Positions 9,318-18,878 of a DNA stretch of 64,000 bases are shown one piece after another; the stretch's first letter is position 1; every line of letters begins with the position of its first letter. Source of the stretch: Akkermansia muciniphila (GTDB taxonomy: Bacteria > Verrucomicrobiota > Kiritimatiellia > RFP12 > UBA1067); the NCBI GenBank assembly GCA_945870145.1, contig CAMBQV010000001.1, positions 495-64,494 on the forward strand, given 5' to 3'. Both the position numbers and the translations under genes were made by a program. A model generated the notes under the pieces. That model saw only the letters and a list, made by a program, of their open reading frames with translations, was not told where the DNA came from and searched no databases.

Positions 9318-10364
9318 CTAGAAGTATTTCCTGACAGCTTGCTGGAACTGTTCCATGAATAGGGCCTTGAAGTAGGAAACATTGTTCTGTTCATAAAAGA
9401 GCAACATTCCTTTCTTATATTCCACTTCATCCACACTTCGATAGGACAAAGGACAATAATGGTATGCTAGCAAAAGGGCATTGCCAAGAATACGCGACGT
9501 ACGTTTGTTTCCATCTTCAAACGGTTGGATATACGAAAGCATCAGGACGGTGATAAGCGCCTTCTCTATCGGGTGCATCGTCTGATTGACAAGGACGCAT
9601 AAGTCACGCAGGGCCTCTTGGATTTGAAAAACATTATCCAATGGCCTATAGTTTGTCCCTGTAATGCGAACCAAGTTCTTGCGTATGCCATGCATCACCC
9701 CAAGATCTTTGACCAGCAAACGATGAACCTCCTCAATCTTTGCAACCGTGAGTTCTTTGAAAAGATCAGCGCTTTTGATGACAAAGTCCAACGCATCTTT
9801 GTGGTTCAGAATCATGATGGCCTCTTCCTTAGTCTTCCCTGTTGCTTCGACATGTTCTTTTAAGAGTCGCTCCGTATCGAGCAAGGTATAGGTATTACCC
9901 TCAATTTTTGAGGATTTCCAGGAGAGTTCAATGGTCAACCGCTCCAGCTCTTTCTGAAGTACGACAGGTGTGAGGGCCGCCCTGTTCTTCCGATATTGCT
10001 CATTCAGGAGGTCACTTTCACGCTTCTCCTCCTCTGTCAGCAACCCTGTTAAATGTGGCCAAATTTCAAAATTGAAGTTCTCGGATCGCAAGACACGTTG
10101 ATCAGACTCCTGCTCAAAGTAGGACTTCACATCCAAAGTATCGAGAAGGAGCGACCTTGCGGAGGGCTGATAGGTCGTTCCCCTACCCGCTCCGAACTTT
10201 ACAACAAGGCGATCTTCAATTAAAAGCTCCAAATCCCGCAATATTGTAATACGGGAGTTTTTTTCAGAAAAGGCTTTTGCTACAGCGCCCTCAAGCTCCT
10301 GCCGAGAGACCTTCTTTTGTGACTTGATATACCCAAGTATCCACTCTTGCCGTTTATTGTACAT
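9318..10364 (-). CDS. Fic/DOC family protein with N-terminal winged-helix domain and degenerate Fic motif
   Basis: Core IQPFEDGNKRTSRILGNALL aligns to the Fic motif HPFx[DE]GNGRxxR, with His replaced by Gln and the second Gly by Lys. N-terminal region ELEGAVAKAFSEKNSRITILRDLELLIEDRLV is wHTH-like. The track ORF extends to 10409; ATG 10364 (MYNKRQ) preferred because the upstream palindrome would otherwise be coding. Confidence 0.7.
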   Translation of the reverse strand: MYNKRQEWILGYIKSQKKVSRQELEGAVAKAFSEKNSRITILRDLELLIEDRLVVKFGAGRGTTYQPSARSLLLDTLDVKSYFEQESDQRVLRSENFNFEIWPHLTGLLTEEEKRESDLLNEQYRKNRAALTPVVLQKELERLTIELSWKSSKIEGNTYTLLDTERLLKEHVEATGKTKEEAIMILNHKDALDFVIKSADLFKELTVAKIEEVHRLLVKDLGVMHGIRKNLVRITGTNYRPLDNVFQIQEALRDLCVLVNQTMHPIEKALITVLMLSYIQPFEDGNKRTSRILGNALLLAYHYCPLSYRSVDEVEYKKGMLLFYEQNNVSYFKALFMEQFQQAVRKYF

Positions 10365-10378
10365 AGCTAAAAGCTCTT

Positions 10379-10420
10379 TCGTATCATTTTTGCACCCGAA
10401 TCGTATCATTTTTGATACGA
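10379..10420. promoter_or_regulatory. candidate operator: direct repeat TCGTATCATTTTTG x2 (22-bp spacing), the second forming perfect palindrome TCGTATCA-TTTT-TGATACGA
   Basis: Repeats at 10379-10392 and 10401-10414; palindrome at 10401-10420, about 40 bp upstream of the preferred Fic start. Confidence 0.35.
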
Positions 10421-10455
10421 AAGCGCAAGGTCTTTAGCTATATTTGGGGCGAAAT

Positions 10456-13212
10456 TTACGTAAAGAAGGTCTCCACGGAAGCGAGGAGTTCGTCGGGTGA
10501 GGTGATTTTGCGCACGGGGCAGGGCAGGCTGCGGCTGAAGACCGTTCCGTAGCCACGCGTGACGAGCCGCGGGTCAGCCACAATGACAACCCCCTTGTCG
10601 GTACAGGTCCGAATCAGGCGTCCAAAGCCCTGACGGAAACGGATCACAGCCTGCGGCATGGAGAACTCGCGGAAGGAGCTGCCACCTGCTTGGTCGATCT
10701 GCTCGCAACGTGCCTCGACAATAGGGTCCCCCATGGATAAGAAGGGCAAACGCGCCATCACCACACAGCTCAAGGCATCCCCTGCTACATCAACTCCCTC
10801 CCAGAAGGACTGCGCGCCTAAGAGCACACAGGGACCATCCTTGGCTCGGAAAAGACGGGTGATCTGATCCCGCGTGCCACTCGAACCATGGACCAAGAGT
10901 CGAATCCCAGCCTCTCGCAGCGGTGTCTCTAAGAGTTGAACCACCTTCTTCATCATCTCGTAACTGGTAAAGAGTCCCAAGGCGCGACCCTGGGTTTTAA
11001 TAAAGACATCAAGCATGAGCGCACTGAGTTGCTCGACATAACTTCCGCCATCGGATCCCGAGGGCTCCGGCAGGCAGGTCAAGGCATAGGTAGCGCACTG
11101 CCGCACATAATCAAAGGGACTCTCGGCAACACAGGTCACGATACGCCCCTCTTCAACCTTATCGAGTCCCAATCTTTTTCCAATAAACTCAAAACTTCCT
11201 CCCACCCGAAGCGTGGCGGAGCAAAAGATAATCGAAGTCTTCTTGGCATAGAGCCGTTCCGCCAGCGCCGTTGAAATCTTGAGGGGCGCTGCGACTAGGC
11301 TGGCTTGTCCATGCCAAAACCGTCCAGCGGGTTCCGCCCAGAAGACATACGAGGAATCCTGTGCATCCAAGACAAAATTGACCTCTGTCATAAAGCCTTG
11401 AAGCGAGGCGATCGCGCCTTCAATGTTTGAGGCTTGATCCCCATACAAAGCCAATTCGCCCTCAGAGGCTTGACGCAACGTGTCGGCCAGATAGGTCAGC
11501 TGCTCCGACGATTTCTTAACCGCGAGACGCAAGGCTTCACGCTCCTTGGCTAGAGCTTGTTCATCCAAGCGTTTCTCAGCGGAGAGAAAGGCTTTGTTGT
11601 TGAAGATCAGGCGTCTTAAGGGCGGGAGAGCGGACTCTCCAGTCAACATGGCGGGTGTTATTTCCATCCCTTCTGTTTCGCAGCGATATCGGGTGGCGTG
11701 ATTCTCCTCGCCAAGTAATCCAGAGAGGCGTTGAAAGAGCTGATGCGCAACATCATGCACGTCGGAGAGTGCCTGTTTGGAGCCCCGAATATGCTGACGA
11801 ATTTTTTGGGCAACGGTCTCATCATTTGTCAGCGCACCCTTTTCAAGATGGGTGTTCAGCACTTCGAGCGTCCCGCTGCTCCGCTTGCCTTTGGTTCTGC
11901 TCAAGCGATGGAGTAGCTGGCTGAGGCGATATGGCGAGACCTCGACCGAGAGATGGCGCGTGGCAGCCTCTTCCAAGTTATGCGCTTCATCAAAAACCAG
12001 TTGCGCATGCGGGGGAAGCATCCCGCCATCGGCTTGAAGATCAGAAAAGACCAACGCATGATTGGCCACGATGACATGCGCTGCCAAAGCCTTTGCGCGG
12101 GCCTTCTGTAAAAAACAACGCCGATAGAAGCGACAGGCACGACCGGTACACTCCTCACCAACAGAGGCGAGCTTTGACAAAAAAGCAGGTTCTGCATGAC
12201 TCGCCCCAGCAAAGGCATCCAAATCACCATCCGGCGATTGGATCGCCCAGGCGACCACCTCGGTAAAGAGTCTGAGCTCCGGACGATCCATCTCAAACTG
12301 CGAGTGTTCCAACAGGATGCTGAATTGACGCAAGCAGAGATAATTGGAACGCCCCTTCAGGACCGCCAAGCGTAACTGCGAACCCTCTTCCTCGCCAAAT
12401 TCAGCACGGATGGCTTCACGGACCATGGGAAGGTCCTTCTCGATGAGCTGGGACTGGAGATTACGGGTATTGGTGCTGACCACGACAGGCACATCGTTTA
12501 GACGCGCCCAGGCTGCTGCAGGAATGAGATAAGCAAGGCTCTTTCCTACACCTGTACCAGCCTCAACCACCAAATGCTTGCCTTCATTAAACGCACGGAT
12601 GACCGCTTTCAGCATCTGCAATTGTCCAGTCCGCGCCTCATACCCTTTCATGAGTTGAGCAAAGATGCCCCCAGGCATCAAATGGCTGGAGATGCGCTCA
12701 ATGGAGAGTGGTGAGCAGTCCTCATGCCGAGGCTGATCCTTGCGTTCATGATGACTCTGCTCAGCCTTAAAGGACTCCAGCCACGAACCACACTTTGCCC
12801 CTGACTGACGAACACGATGAGCAAAATCCCCAAAGAGTTTGGCCAGGGCTTTATCATCGAGATCACGCAACAAAAGCTCAATAGTCTCCAAAGCCCACAG
12901 CGGAAAAGTGAGCAGGCGTTTCTCAATCTGGAGCCAGACCTTCCAGAGCTCTTCGGAGCTCGGGGTCACCCCCTCCAAAAAGAGTTGTGAGGGCCGTTCT
13001 AGCGGAGCTTCTGGAAAGGCGTAAGCTCTCAACGTCATGATATTGATCATGCGCGCGTGACACTCGGGGAGGTACTCCTCAAACGCGGCGAGGTCATTCG
13101 TCAAATAAAAGGGCTGTTCAGGAGTTGGGGATGTTTTCTGAGGAAAAACAACGAACGCAGGTTTTTTACCTGCGTTTGTTGAGGGAATCCATACAGCCTG
13201 AACAGAGATCAT
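10456..13212 (-). CDS. ATP-dependent DNA helicase, DinG/Rad3 (DEAD_2) family, with about 150-aa N-terminal extension
   Basis: Walker A AGTGVGKSLAYLIPAA and DEAH box VFDEAHNL, with a Cys cluster (CLRQF...C...C). The C-terminal helicase domain ends 4 bp before the upstream gene. Confidence 0.8.
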   Translation of the reverse strand: MISVQAVWIPSTNAGKKPAFVVFPQKTSPTPEQPFYLTNDLAAFEEYLPECHARMINIMTLRAYAFPEAPLERPSQLFLEGVTPSSEELWKVWLQIEKRLLTFPLWALETIELLLRDLDDKALAKLFGDFAHRVRQSGAKCGSWLESFKAEQSHHERKDQPRHEDCSPLSIERISSHLMPGGIFAQLMKGYEARTGQLQMLKAVIRAFNEGKHLVVEAGTGVGKSLAYLIPAAAWARLNDVPVVVSTNTRNLQSQLIEKDLPMVREAIRAEFGEEEGSQLRLAVLKGRSNYLCLRQFSILLEHSQFEMDRPELRLFTEVVAWAIQSPDGDLDAFAGASHAEPAFLSKLASVGEECTGRACRFYRRCFLQKARAKALAAHVIVANHALVFSDLQADGGMLPPHAQLVFDEAHNLEEAATRHLSVEVSPYRLSQLLHRLSRTKGKRSSGTLEVLNTHLEKGALTNDETVAQKIRQHIRGSKQALSDVHDVAHQLFQRLSGLLGEENHATRYRCETEGMEITPAMLTGESALPPLRRLIFNNKAFLSAEKRLDEQALAKEREALRLAVKKSSEQLTYLADTLRQASEGELALYGDQASNIEGAIASLQGFMTEVNFVLDAQDSSYVFWAEPAGRFWHGQASLVAAPLKISTALAERLYAKKTSIIFCSATLRVGGSFEFIGKRLGLDKVEEGRIVTCVAESPFDYVRQCATYALTCLPEPSGSDGGSYVEQLSALMLDVFIKTQGRALGLFTSYEMMKKVVQLLETPLREAGIRLLVHGSSGTRDQITRLFRAKDGPCVLLGAQSFWEGVDVAGDALSCVVMARLPFLSMGDPIVEARCEQIDQAGGSSFREFSMPQAVIRFRQGFGRLIRTCTDKGVVIVADPRLVTRGYGTVFSRSLPCPVRKITSPDELLASVETFFT

Positions 13213-13216
13213 CTGT

Positions 13217-14599
13217 CTATGCCTTTAAGACCCAGCCATTGAACATGGGGGATGCCTTCAGCTTGTCAGCTTCGGGATCGTTCACAAAACACTCGGTCTT
13301 GGGATTCCACTGAATCTTGTTGCGTCCAAGGCGCAACCCGATATTGGCCAAATGCGCAATCGAGATCGAGCGATGTCCAATTTCACACGTGCAGATGGTG
13401 GGTTCGCCGCCGTAGATACAGTCAATGAAGTTGCCCTCATGGCGGGCGCTCTTGTAGAGGCGAACAGACTTGTCATCCAACTTGGTACGGATGAGCTCCG
13501 CGGGCGTGGTCTCAAGATTGCCACGTGTCACAAAGATCTTTTTTCCTCCCTCGCCGTAGAAAGTAATCCCATTCGTAAACGCATCACTCACAAAGACACG
13601 CGTCCCTTCCTCATAGACCACCTCAAAGGAGTAGTGCGCAGCAGTGTTTAGAATCTTGTCGCGAGAGGGCATGTCGCTCTTGAGATTTTCAATTGCGACG
13701 GGGCCCGAGTCATCCTTGCCCAAGGCCCACTGAACAATGTCCAAGTGATGCGCACCCCAGTCCGTAATTGCACCGCCAGAATAATCCAGATTATTACGCC
13801 AGGTCATGTTGCGATGCAAGGCAGGGATGTAAGGGCGTTTCTGAGCTGGGCCCAGCCACAGATTAAAGTCCGTCATCCATTCCGGTATGGGTGCCGGTTC
13901 TTGCGAAAAGTCTGCATCGCTCTTCTTCCAGCGGAAGTGGCCTCCTGGGAGACCGACCTCAATCTTCTCAAGTTTGCCGATCACGCCATTACGAATAAAT
14001 TCGCACGCCATACGAAAATAATTGTCAGAACGTTGCTGGGAGCCGACCTGGAAGGTTACTTGGTTCGCCTTGACCGTATCAGCCATATAACGGCCCTCGG
14101 CAATGCAATAGGACATCGGCTTCTGACCATAAATATGAAGGCCCTTGCTGGCGGCATAGACCGTCTGGAGTCCATGCCAATGATCGGGTGTGCTGATCAG
14201 CACGGCATCTAATTTTTCCTTTTCAATCATCTCTCGAAAATCAACGTGGGTGGTACAGGCCTTGTAGCCTGGCTGGTTTAGCTGTTTGGCATAAAATTCA
14301 TCAATGATTCGCTTTCCGGCAAGACGTCCACCCTTGCGGTTCGGATCTGAAGAATATCCATGACATCCTGTTTCGGAAACAGGATCCGCCACGGAGACGA
14401 CCTGAACCTTGTCGTTATTTAAAAAATTGCCGATGTTATCCCCTGCCATGGTACCAAATCCGATCACCCCGAGCTGGATACGTGCGGAGGGAGCGGGGCG
14501 TCCCTTACCCAAGGCTCCGATCGGAATGATATACGGAGCGACAGCAGCAGTCCCTAATCCTGAAACAAAGGAACGACGTGAAACATGTATTTGATTCAT
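13217..14599 (-). CDS. Gfo/Idh/MocA family oxidoreductase with twin-arginine (Tat) signal
   Basis: SRRSFVSGLGTAAVA Tat motif; Rossmann GxGxxG region; conserved STPDHWH, GxQxRS, VGLPGG and HHLDIVQW blocks shared with the other two paralogs in the window. Confidence 0.8.
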   Translation of the reverse strand: MNQIHVSRRSFVSGLGTAAVAPYIIPIGALGKGRPAPSARIQLGVIGFGTMAGDNIGNFLNNDKVQVVSVADPVSETGCHGYSSDPNRKGGRLAGKRIIDEFYAKQLNQPGYKACTTHVDFREMIEKEKLDAVLISTPDHWHGLQTVYAASKGLHIYGQKPMSYCIAEGRYMADTVKANQVTFQVGSQQRSDNYFRMACEFIRNGVIGKLEKIEVGLPGGHFRWKKSDADFSQEPAPIPEWMTDFNLWLGPAQKRPYIPALHRNMTWRNNLDYSGGAITDWGAHHLDIVQWALGKDDSGPVAIENLKSDMPSRDKILNTAAHYSFEVVYEEGTRVFVSDAFTNGITFYGEGGKKIFVTRGNLETTPAELIRTKLDDKSVRLYKSARHEGNFIDCIYGGEPTICTCEIGHRSISIAHLANIGLRLGRNKIQWNPKTECFVNDPEADKLKASPMFNGWVLKA

Positions 14600-14822
14600 A
14601 ACAGACTCCTGATAGGTGACACCCTTTTGAAAAAGAATCTTTTTAGTATGAACCTACAGCCCTCATAAATCAACAAAAAAGGGGAGTGAAAAACGGGCTC
14701 ATGCTTGTATTCACAACGGAAATACGTTATCCTATGGCACCTATGAACCTCTGTTTTATGACGCATAAAATGGAGTTGTGAAAAATTAACATGCGGAAAC
14801 CCGCATTTAGGAGGAAAACCCC

Positions 14823-16403
14823 ATGACAACACAATTTGCATGGTATGACGTGAGTGATGCAACGGTTGCATTACTCTTTGGATTGGCTGGTGTTCTGGGC
14901 GGTTTTGCGCTTCGGGGACTTATTGGAAAATGGCAAGCCAATACGATCGAGAAACAAGCCAAACTGAAGTTGGATGAGGTGGATGTCGAGGTCAAGAGCA
15001 AAATGAAAGAGGCCGACATCTTGGCTCGCGGGGAGGTCGTCAAGGCTAGAGAAGAGTTTGAAAAGGGCACCAAGACGAGACGCAAGGAGTTACAGGACAT
15101 CGAAGACCGACTCACGATCCGCGAAGAGAACATGGATAAAAAGGCTGCCCTCCTCGACAAGAAAGACCAGACCGTTACACAGAAGCAGGAAGAGGTGCTC
15201 CGAAAAGCCGAGGATATCCAGCAGAAGCGCCTAGAGACTGACCGTCGTGTGCAAGAGGCGGATGCCCGTTTGCAAAAATTAGCCAGCATGACGTACGAAG
15301 AGGCAAAGCGCGAACTCTATCATCGAGCTGAAATTGAGGTGAAGAGTGAGTCTGGCAACCTGATCCGAAAACTTCAGGAAGAGGCCAAAGAGACCGCAGA
15401 AAAAGAGGCCACACGTATCGTCACCATGGCGATCCAGCGATTTGCCATCGCTCATGCGAGCGAAACGGTCACCACGACGGTTCATCTTCCGAGCGACGAT
15501 GTCAAGGGACGCATCATCGGTCGCGAGGGACGTAACATCCGAACCCTTGAGGCGTTGACTGGTATGACCATGTTGGTGGATGATACACCCGAAGCCGTCG
15601 TCATCTCCGGCTTCGACCCGATTCGGCGTGAAGTGGCTCGCCAAACCCTTGAACTGCTCGTCGCAGACGGACGCATCCACCCGGCACGCATCGAGGAGAT
15701 CGTCAAGGATGTCACCGACAATTTGGACAAGACCATCCGTGAAGCCGGGGAAGCCGCTGCGTATGAAGCCCAAGTCCAAGGGGTTTCGGCTGACCTGTTA
15801 CAACATATTGGACGCCTCAAATTCCGTACTAGCTTCTCGCAGAATGTTCTGCGCCACTCCATCGAAGTCGCACACCTCATGGGACTGATGGCTGCAGAAC
15901 TGGGGCTCGATCCCGTCATCGCTCGACGCATCGGGTTCTTCCACGACATCGGCAAGGCTTTGGATCATAACGTAGAAGGCGCGCACGCGGTGATTGGCGC
16001 GGACCTCCTCCGGCAAAACGGCGAGAGTGAAATGGTCTGCACCAGTGTCGGAGCGCATCACGGTGACCTCCAGGCAGAGGGCGTCTATGGCGTGCTTTGC
16101 TCAGCCGCGGATGCGATTTCAAGTTCCCGCCCAGGTGCACGTAGCGAAAACATGGGACTCTATGTCCAGCGTCTAGAAAAGCTGGAGGCGATTGCCAATG
16201 CCTTCCCGGGAGTGAAAAAGACCTTTGCTGTCCAAGCAGGACGCGAAGTCCGGATACTTGTTGATCCTGTCCAAGTGAGTGATAACGACGCCATGGTGAT
16301 GGCACGCGAGGTTTGTCAACAGATCTCCGCAAACCTCCAGTTCCCTGGACAAATCCGCGTGGTGATCGTCAGAGAAACCCGCTGCGTTGAATACGCAAAG
16401 TAA
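14823..16403 (+). CDS. rny: ribonuclease Y
   Basis: N-terminal TM helix, coiled coil, KH domain (GRIIGREGRNIR), HD domain (HSIEVAHLMGLMAAELGLDPVIARRIGFFHDIGKA). Confidence 0.9.
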   Translation: MTTQFAWYDVSDATVALLFGLAGVLGGFALRGLIGKWQANTIEKQAKLKLDEVDVEVKSKMKEADILARGEVVKAREEFEKGTKTRRKELQDIEDRLTIREENMDKKAALLDKKDQTVTQKQEEVLRKAEDIQQKRLETDRRVQEADARLQKLASMTYEEAKRELYHRAEIEVKSESGNLIRKLQEEAKETAEKEATRIVTMAIQRFAIAHASETVTTTVHLPSDDVKGRIIGREGRNIRTLEALTGMTMLVDDTPEAVVISGFDPIRREVARQTLELLVADGRIHPARIEEIVKDVTDNLDKTIREAGEAAAYEAQVQGVSADLLQHIGRLKFRTSFSQNVLRHSIEVAHLMGLMAAELGLDPVIARRIGFFHDIGKALDHNVEGAHAVIGADLLRQNGESEMVCTSVGAHHGDLQAEGVYGVLCSAADAISSSRPGARSENMGLYVQRLEKLEAIANAFPGVKKTFAVQAGREVRILVDPVQVSDNDAMVMAREVCQQISANLQFPGQIRVVIVRETRCVEYAK

Positions 16404-16416
16404 GGAGGAGAGCCTC

Positions 16417-17190
16417 ATGAAAATATTATTTGTCGGGGATATCGTCGGCGGGCCCGGTAGAAGGATCTTTGCGGAGGTGGTGAAAAAGCTCCGTTCCGAG
16501 AATGCTGTGCATGTTGTCATTGCAAATGCCGAGAATGCAGCGGCGGGCAATGGTATTACGCTCGCCTTGGCCAACGAACTCTTTAAGGCTGGCGCGGATG
16601 TGCTGACGCTTGGCGACCATGCATGGGGACAGAAGGATTTGGAGGCAGGTATCAGCGGGGAGAAGCGATTGCTTCGTCCGGTGAACTATCCGCCCAATGT
16701 CCCTGGCAACGGGTGTGGCACTTACCAAACCTCTCTGGGGCCTATCTCCGTTGTCAACCTGCAAGGTCGTGTCTTCATGGGCCCAATGGACTGTCCTTTC
16801 CGAGCCATGGATGCTGTACTGAAGACGTTGCCGGCCAATGCCCCTGTCGTTGTTGACTTCCATGCAGAGGCAACCTCGGAAAAGATTGCTATGGGCCACT
16901 ACCTCGATGGCCGTGTCGCGGCGGTTGTGGGTACGCACACACACGTGCAAACCAGCGATGCCGTACTCCTGCCCAAAGGAACGGCCTACATGACCGACCT
17001 CGGCATGACAGGTCCTTCGCTCTCGGTCATTGGTCGTGAAATCGAACCTGTGACCCGAAAATTTCTAACGGGTATGTCGACCAAATTTGATGTGGCTGGC
17101 GGACCGGCCGTACTCGAGGGCGCTCTCCTCGAACTTGAAAATGGCACCGGCAAGGCCCTCTCGATCACGCCGTATCGCTTCAGGGAGTAA
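16417..17190 (+). CDS. ymdB: YmdB-like metallophosphoesterase (TIGR00282 family, 2',3'-cNMP phosphodiesterase)
   Basis: MKILFVGDIVGGPGRRI...ANAENAAAGNGIT...; conserved rny-ymdB gene order. Confidence 0.85.
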   Translation: MKILFVGDIVGGPGRRIFAEVVKKLRSENAVHVVIANAENAAAGNGITLALANELFKAGADVLTLGDHAWGQKDLEAGISGEKRLLRPVNYPPNVPGNGCGTYQTSLGPISVVNLQGRVFMGPMDCPFRAMDAVLKTLPANAPVVVDFHAEATSEKIAMGHYLDGRVAAVVGTHTHVQTSDAVLLPKGTAYMTDLGMTGPSLSVIGREIEPVTRKFLTGMSTKFDVAGGPAVLEGALLELENGTGKALSITPYRFRE

Positions 17191-17197
17191 CACTCTC

Positions 17198-18466
17198 ATG
17201 CACGAGACCCTCAAACCCCTCTCGATCACCGAACTGACGCAGCGCATCCGTTCTGCGGTTGAACCTTCGTTCAGTTCGGTCTGCGTAGAGGGGGAGCTCT
17301 CGGGCTTCAAGACCTATACGAGTGGCCACAGTTACTTTACACTCAAAGACGCCGGGGCTCTGCTAAACGCTGTTCTTTTCTCGAGCGCTCGTGCCAAGCT
17401 CCCAGCGGAGCTCGTGCTGAAAGATGGACTCAAGATCCGCGCACAGGGCTCCATCACCGTCTACCCAGAACGGGGCCAATATCAGCTGGTGGTCCGACAC
17501 CTTGAACTGGCTGGCGCTGGTGACCTGATGCAACAATTTGAGGAGCTCAAGAAGCGGCTTCAACAGGAGGGGCTCTTTGCGCCTGAACAGAAAAAGCCCT
17601 TACCTCTCCTACCCCAACGTGTTGGTATCGTGACCTCTCCCTCTGGCGCGGTTATCCATGACATCATCACTGTCCTCGGCAGGCGCTTTCCCAACCTCCA
17701 TATCCGCCTCGCCCCTGTCAAAGTCCAAGGCGAGGGTGCCTCGACCAGTATTGCCAATGCCATACGCTTCTTTAATGCGTCAACAGAATGGGTTCCTGAT
17801 GTCTTGATTGTGGGACGCGGGGGCGGGAGCATTGAAGATCTCTGGGCTTTTAACGAAGAGCCTGTTGTGCGCGCGGTTGCAGCATCGCGGATTCCGATCA
17901 TCTCCGCAGTGGGACATGAAACGGATTTCACACTCTGCGACTTTGCCGCTGACCTCAGGGCCCCAACACCCTCTGCCGCAGCGGAACTGGTGATCCTTCC
18001 TAAAACCGAGTTCCAAGCAAGACTCCAACGCCTGCAGGAAGACCTCCGCCAAGCCCTCTCCCGTCGTCAAGAGAAGAACATGCAGCGCTTGGACGACATA
18101 GATGGTCATCTACGCTCGGCGCTTCAACAAAAGGGCCAGCAATTCCGTAAGCGCGTCGAACAGGCTAGCGCACGCCTCGGAGTCTTGCGGGAACGTCAGA
18201 CGCGCACCTTGGAGTCACGTCTCGGACTTCACGAACAACGCCTAACACAAGCCGCACACCGGCAGATCGAACGTTCGCGGGCTCGCCTTGAGACCCTGAA
18301 ACGCCAGTTTGAGTTGCTGAATCCACTCGCTGTACTCGACCGCGGGTACAGTTTGACCCGCACGGCAGACGGACGACTCGTACGCTCTGTCAAAGATGTC
18401 TCCTCGGACACCCCCTTGCTGACGCAAGTTAAGGACGGCACTATCGCAAGCCGTGTCACACCATGA
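17198..18466 (+). CDS. xseA: exodeoxyribonuclease VII large subunit
   Basis: N-terminal OB fold (LSITELTQRIRSAVEPSFSSVCVEGELSGFK) and catalytic region (IVGRGGGSIEDLWAFNEE, AVGHETD); ATG at 17198. Confidence 0.9.
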   Translation: MHETLKPLSITELTQRIRSAVEPSFSSVCVEGELSGFKTYTSGHSYFTLKDAGALLNAVLFSSARAKLPAELVLKDGLKIRAQGSITVYPERGQYQLVVRHLELAGAGDLMQQFEELKKRLQQEGLFAPEQKKPLPLLPQRVGIVTSPSGAVIHDIITVLGRRFPNLHIRLAPVKVQGEGASTSIANAIRFFNASTEWVPDVLIVGRGGGSIEDLWAFNEEPVVRAVAASRIPIISAVGHETDFTLCDFAADLRAPTPSAAAELVILPKTEFQARLQRLQEDLRQALSRRQEKNMQRLDDIDGHLRSALQQKGQQFRKRVEQASARLGVLRERQTRTLESRLGLHEQRLTQAAHRQIERSRARLETLKRQFELLNPLAVLDRGYSLTRTADGRLVRSVKDVSSDTPLLTQVKDGTIASRVTP

Positions 18467-18870
18467 TCAGTCCTGGAACCATCGAGAAGATTAAAGAGCT
18501 CATGACCCTCGCAAGTCTCTTTGAGGAGGACCTGGAGGAGAGCTTCATCCTCGGTTCAGGTCCAGGCGGGCAGAAGGTCAACAAGACCTCCTCAACGGTT
18601 CGCCTCTATCATGCGCCGAGTCAACTCACGATCAAGTATGGGGCAGGACGGTCACGCGAGATGAACCGTTGGCTCGCCCGGCGCGAACTCGCTGAGAAGA
18701 TTTTAGAAAAGGAAAAATCCGCTCTCTCCTCGCGCAGGCAGGAGGTCGAGCGGATTCGTCGCCAAAAACGGCGTCGTTCACGTCGTCAAAAGGCCAAAAC
18801 CGTGGCTGAGAAGCGGATACATGGCGAAAAGAAGGTTGATCGCCAACGCGTCACCTCTTTTGACGAGTAA
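18463..18870 (+). CDS. arfB: ArfB-like peptidyl-tRNA hydrolase (RF-1 domain, GGQ motif) with basic C-terminal tail
   Basis: GSGPGGQKVNKTSSTVRL GGQ motif; Arg/Lys-rich tail; 135 aa. The ATGA start overlaps the xseA stop. Confidence 0.6.
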   Translation: MISPGTIEKIKELMTLASLFEEDLEESFILGSGPGGQKVNKTSSTVRLYHAPSQLTIKYGAGRSREMNRWLARRELAEKILEKEKSALSSRRQEVERIRRQKRRRSRRQKAKTVAEKRIHGEKKVDRQRVTSFDE

Positions 18871-18878
18871 ACGCGTGG

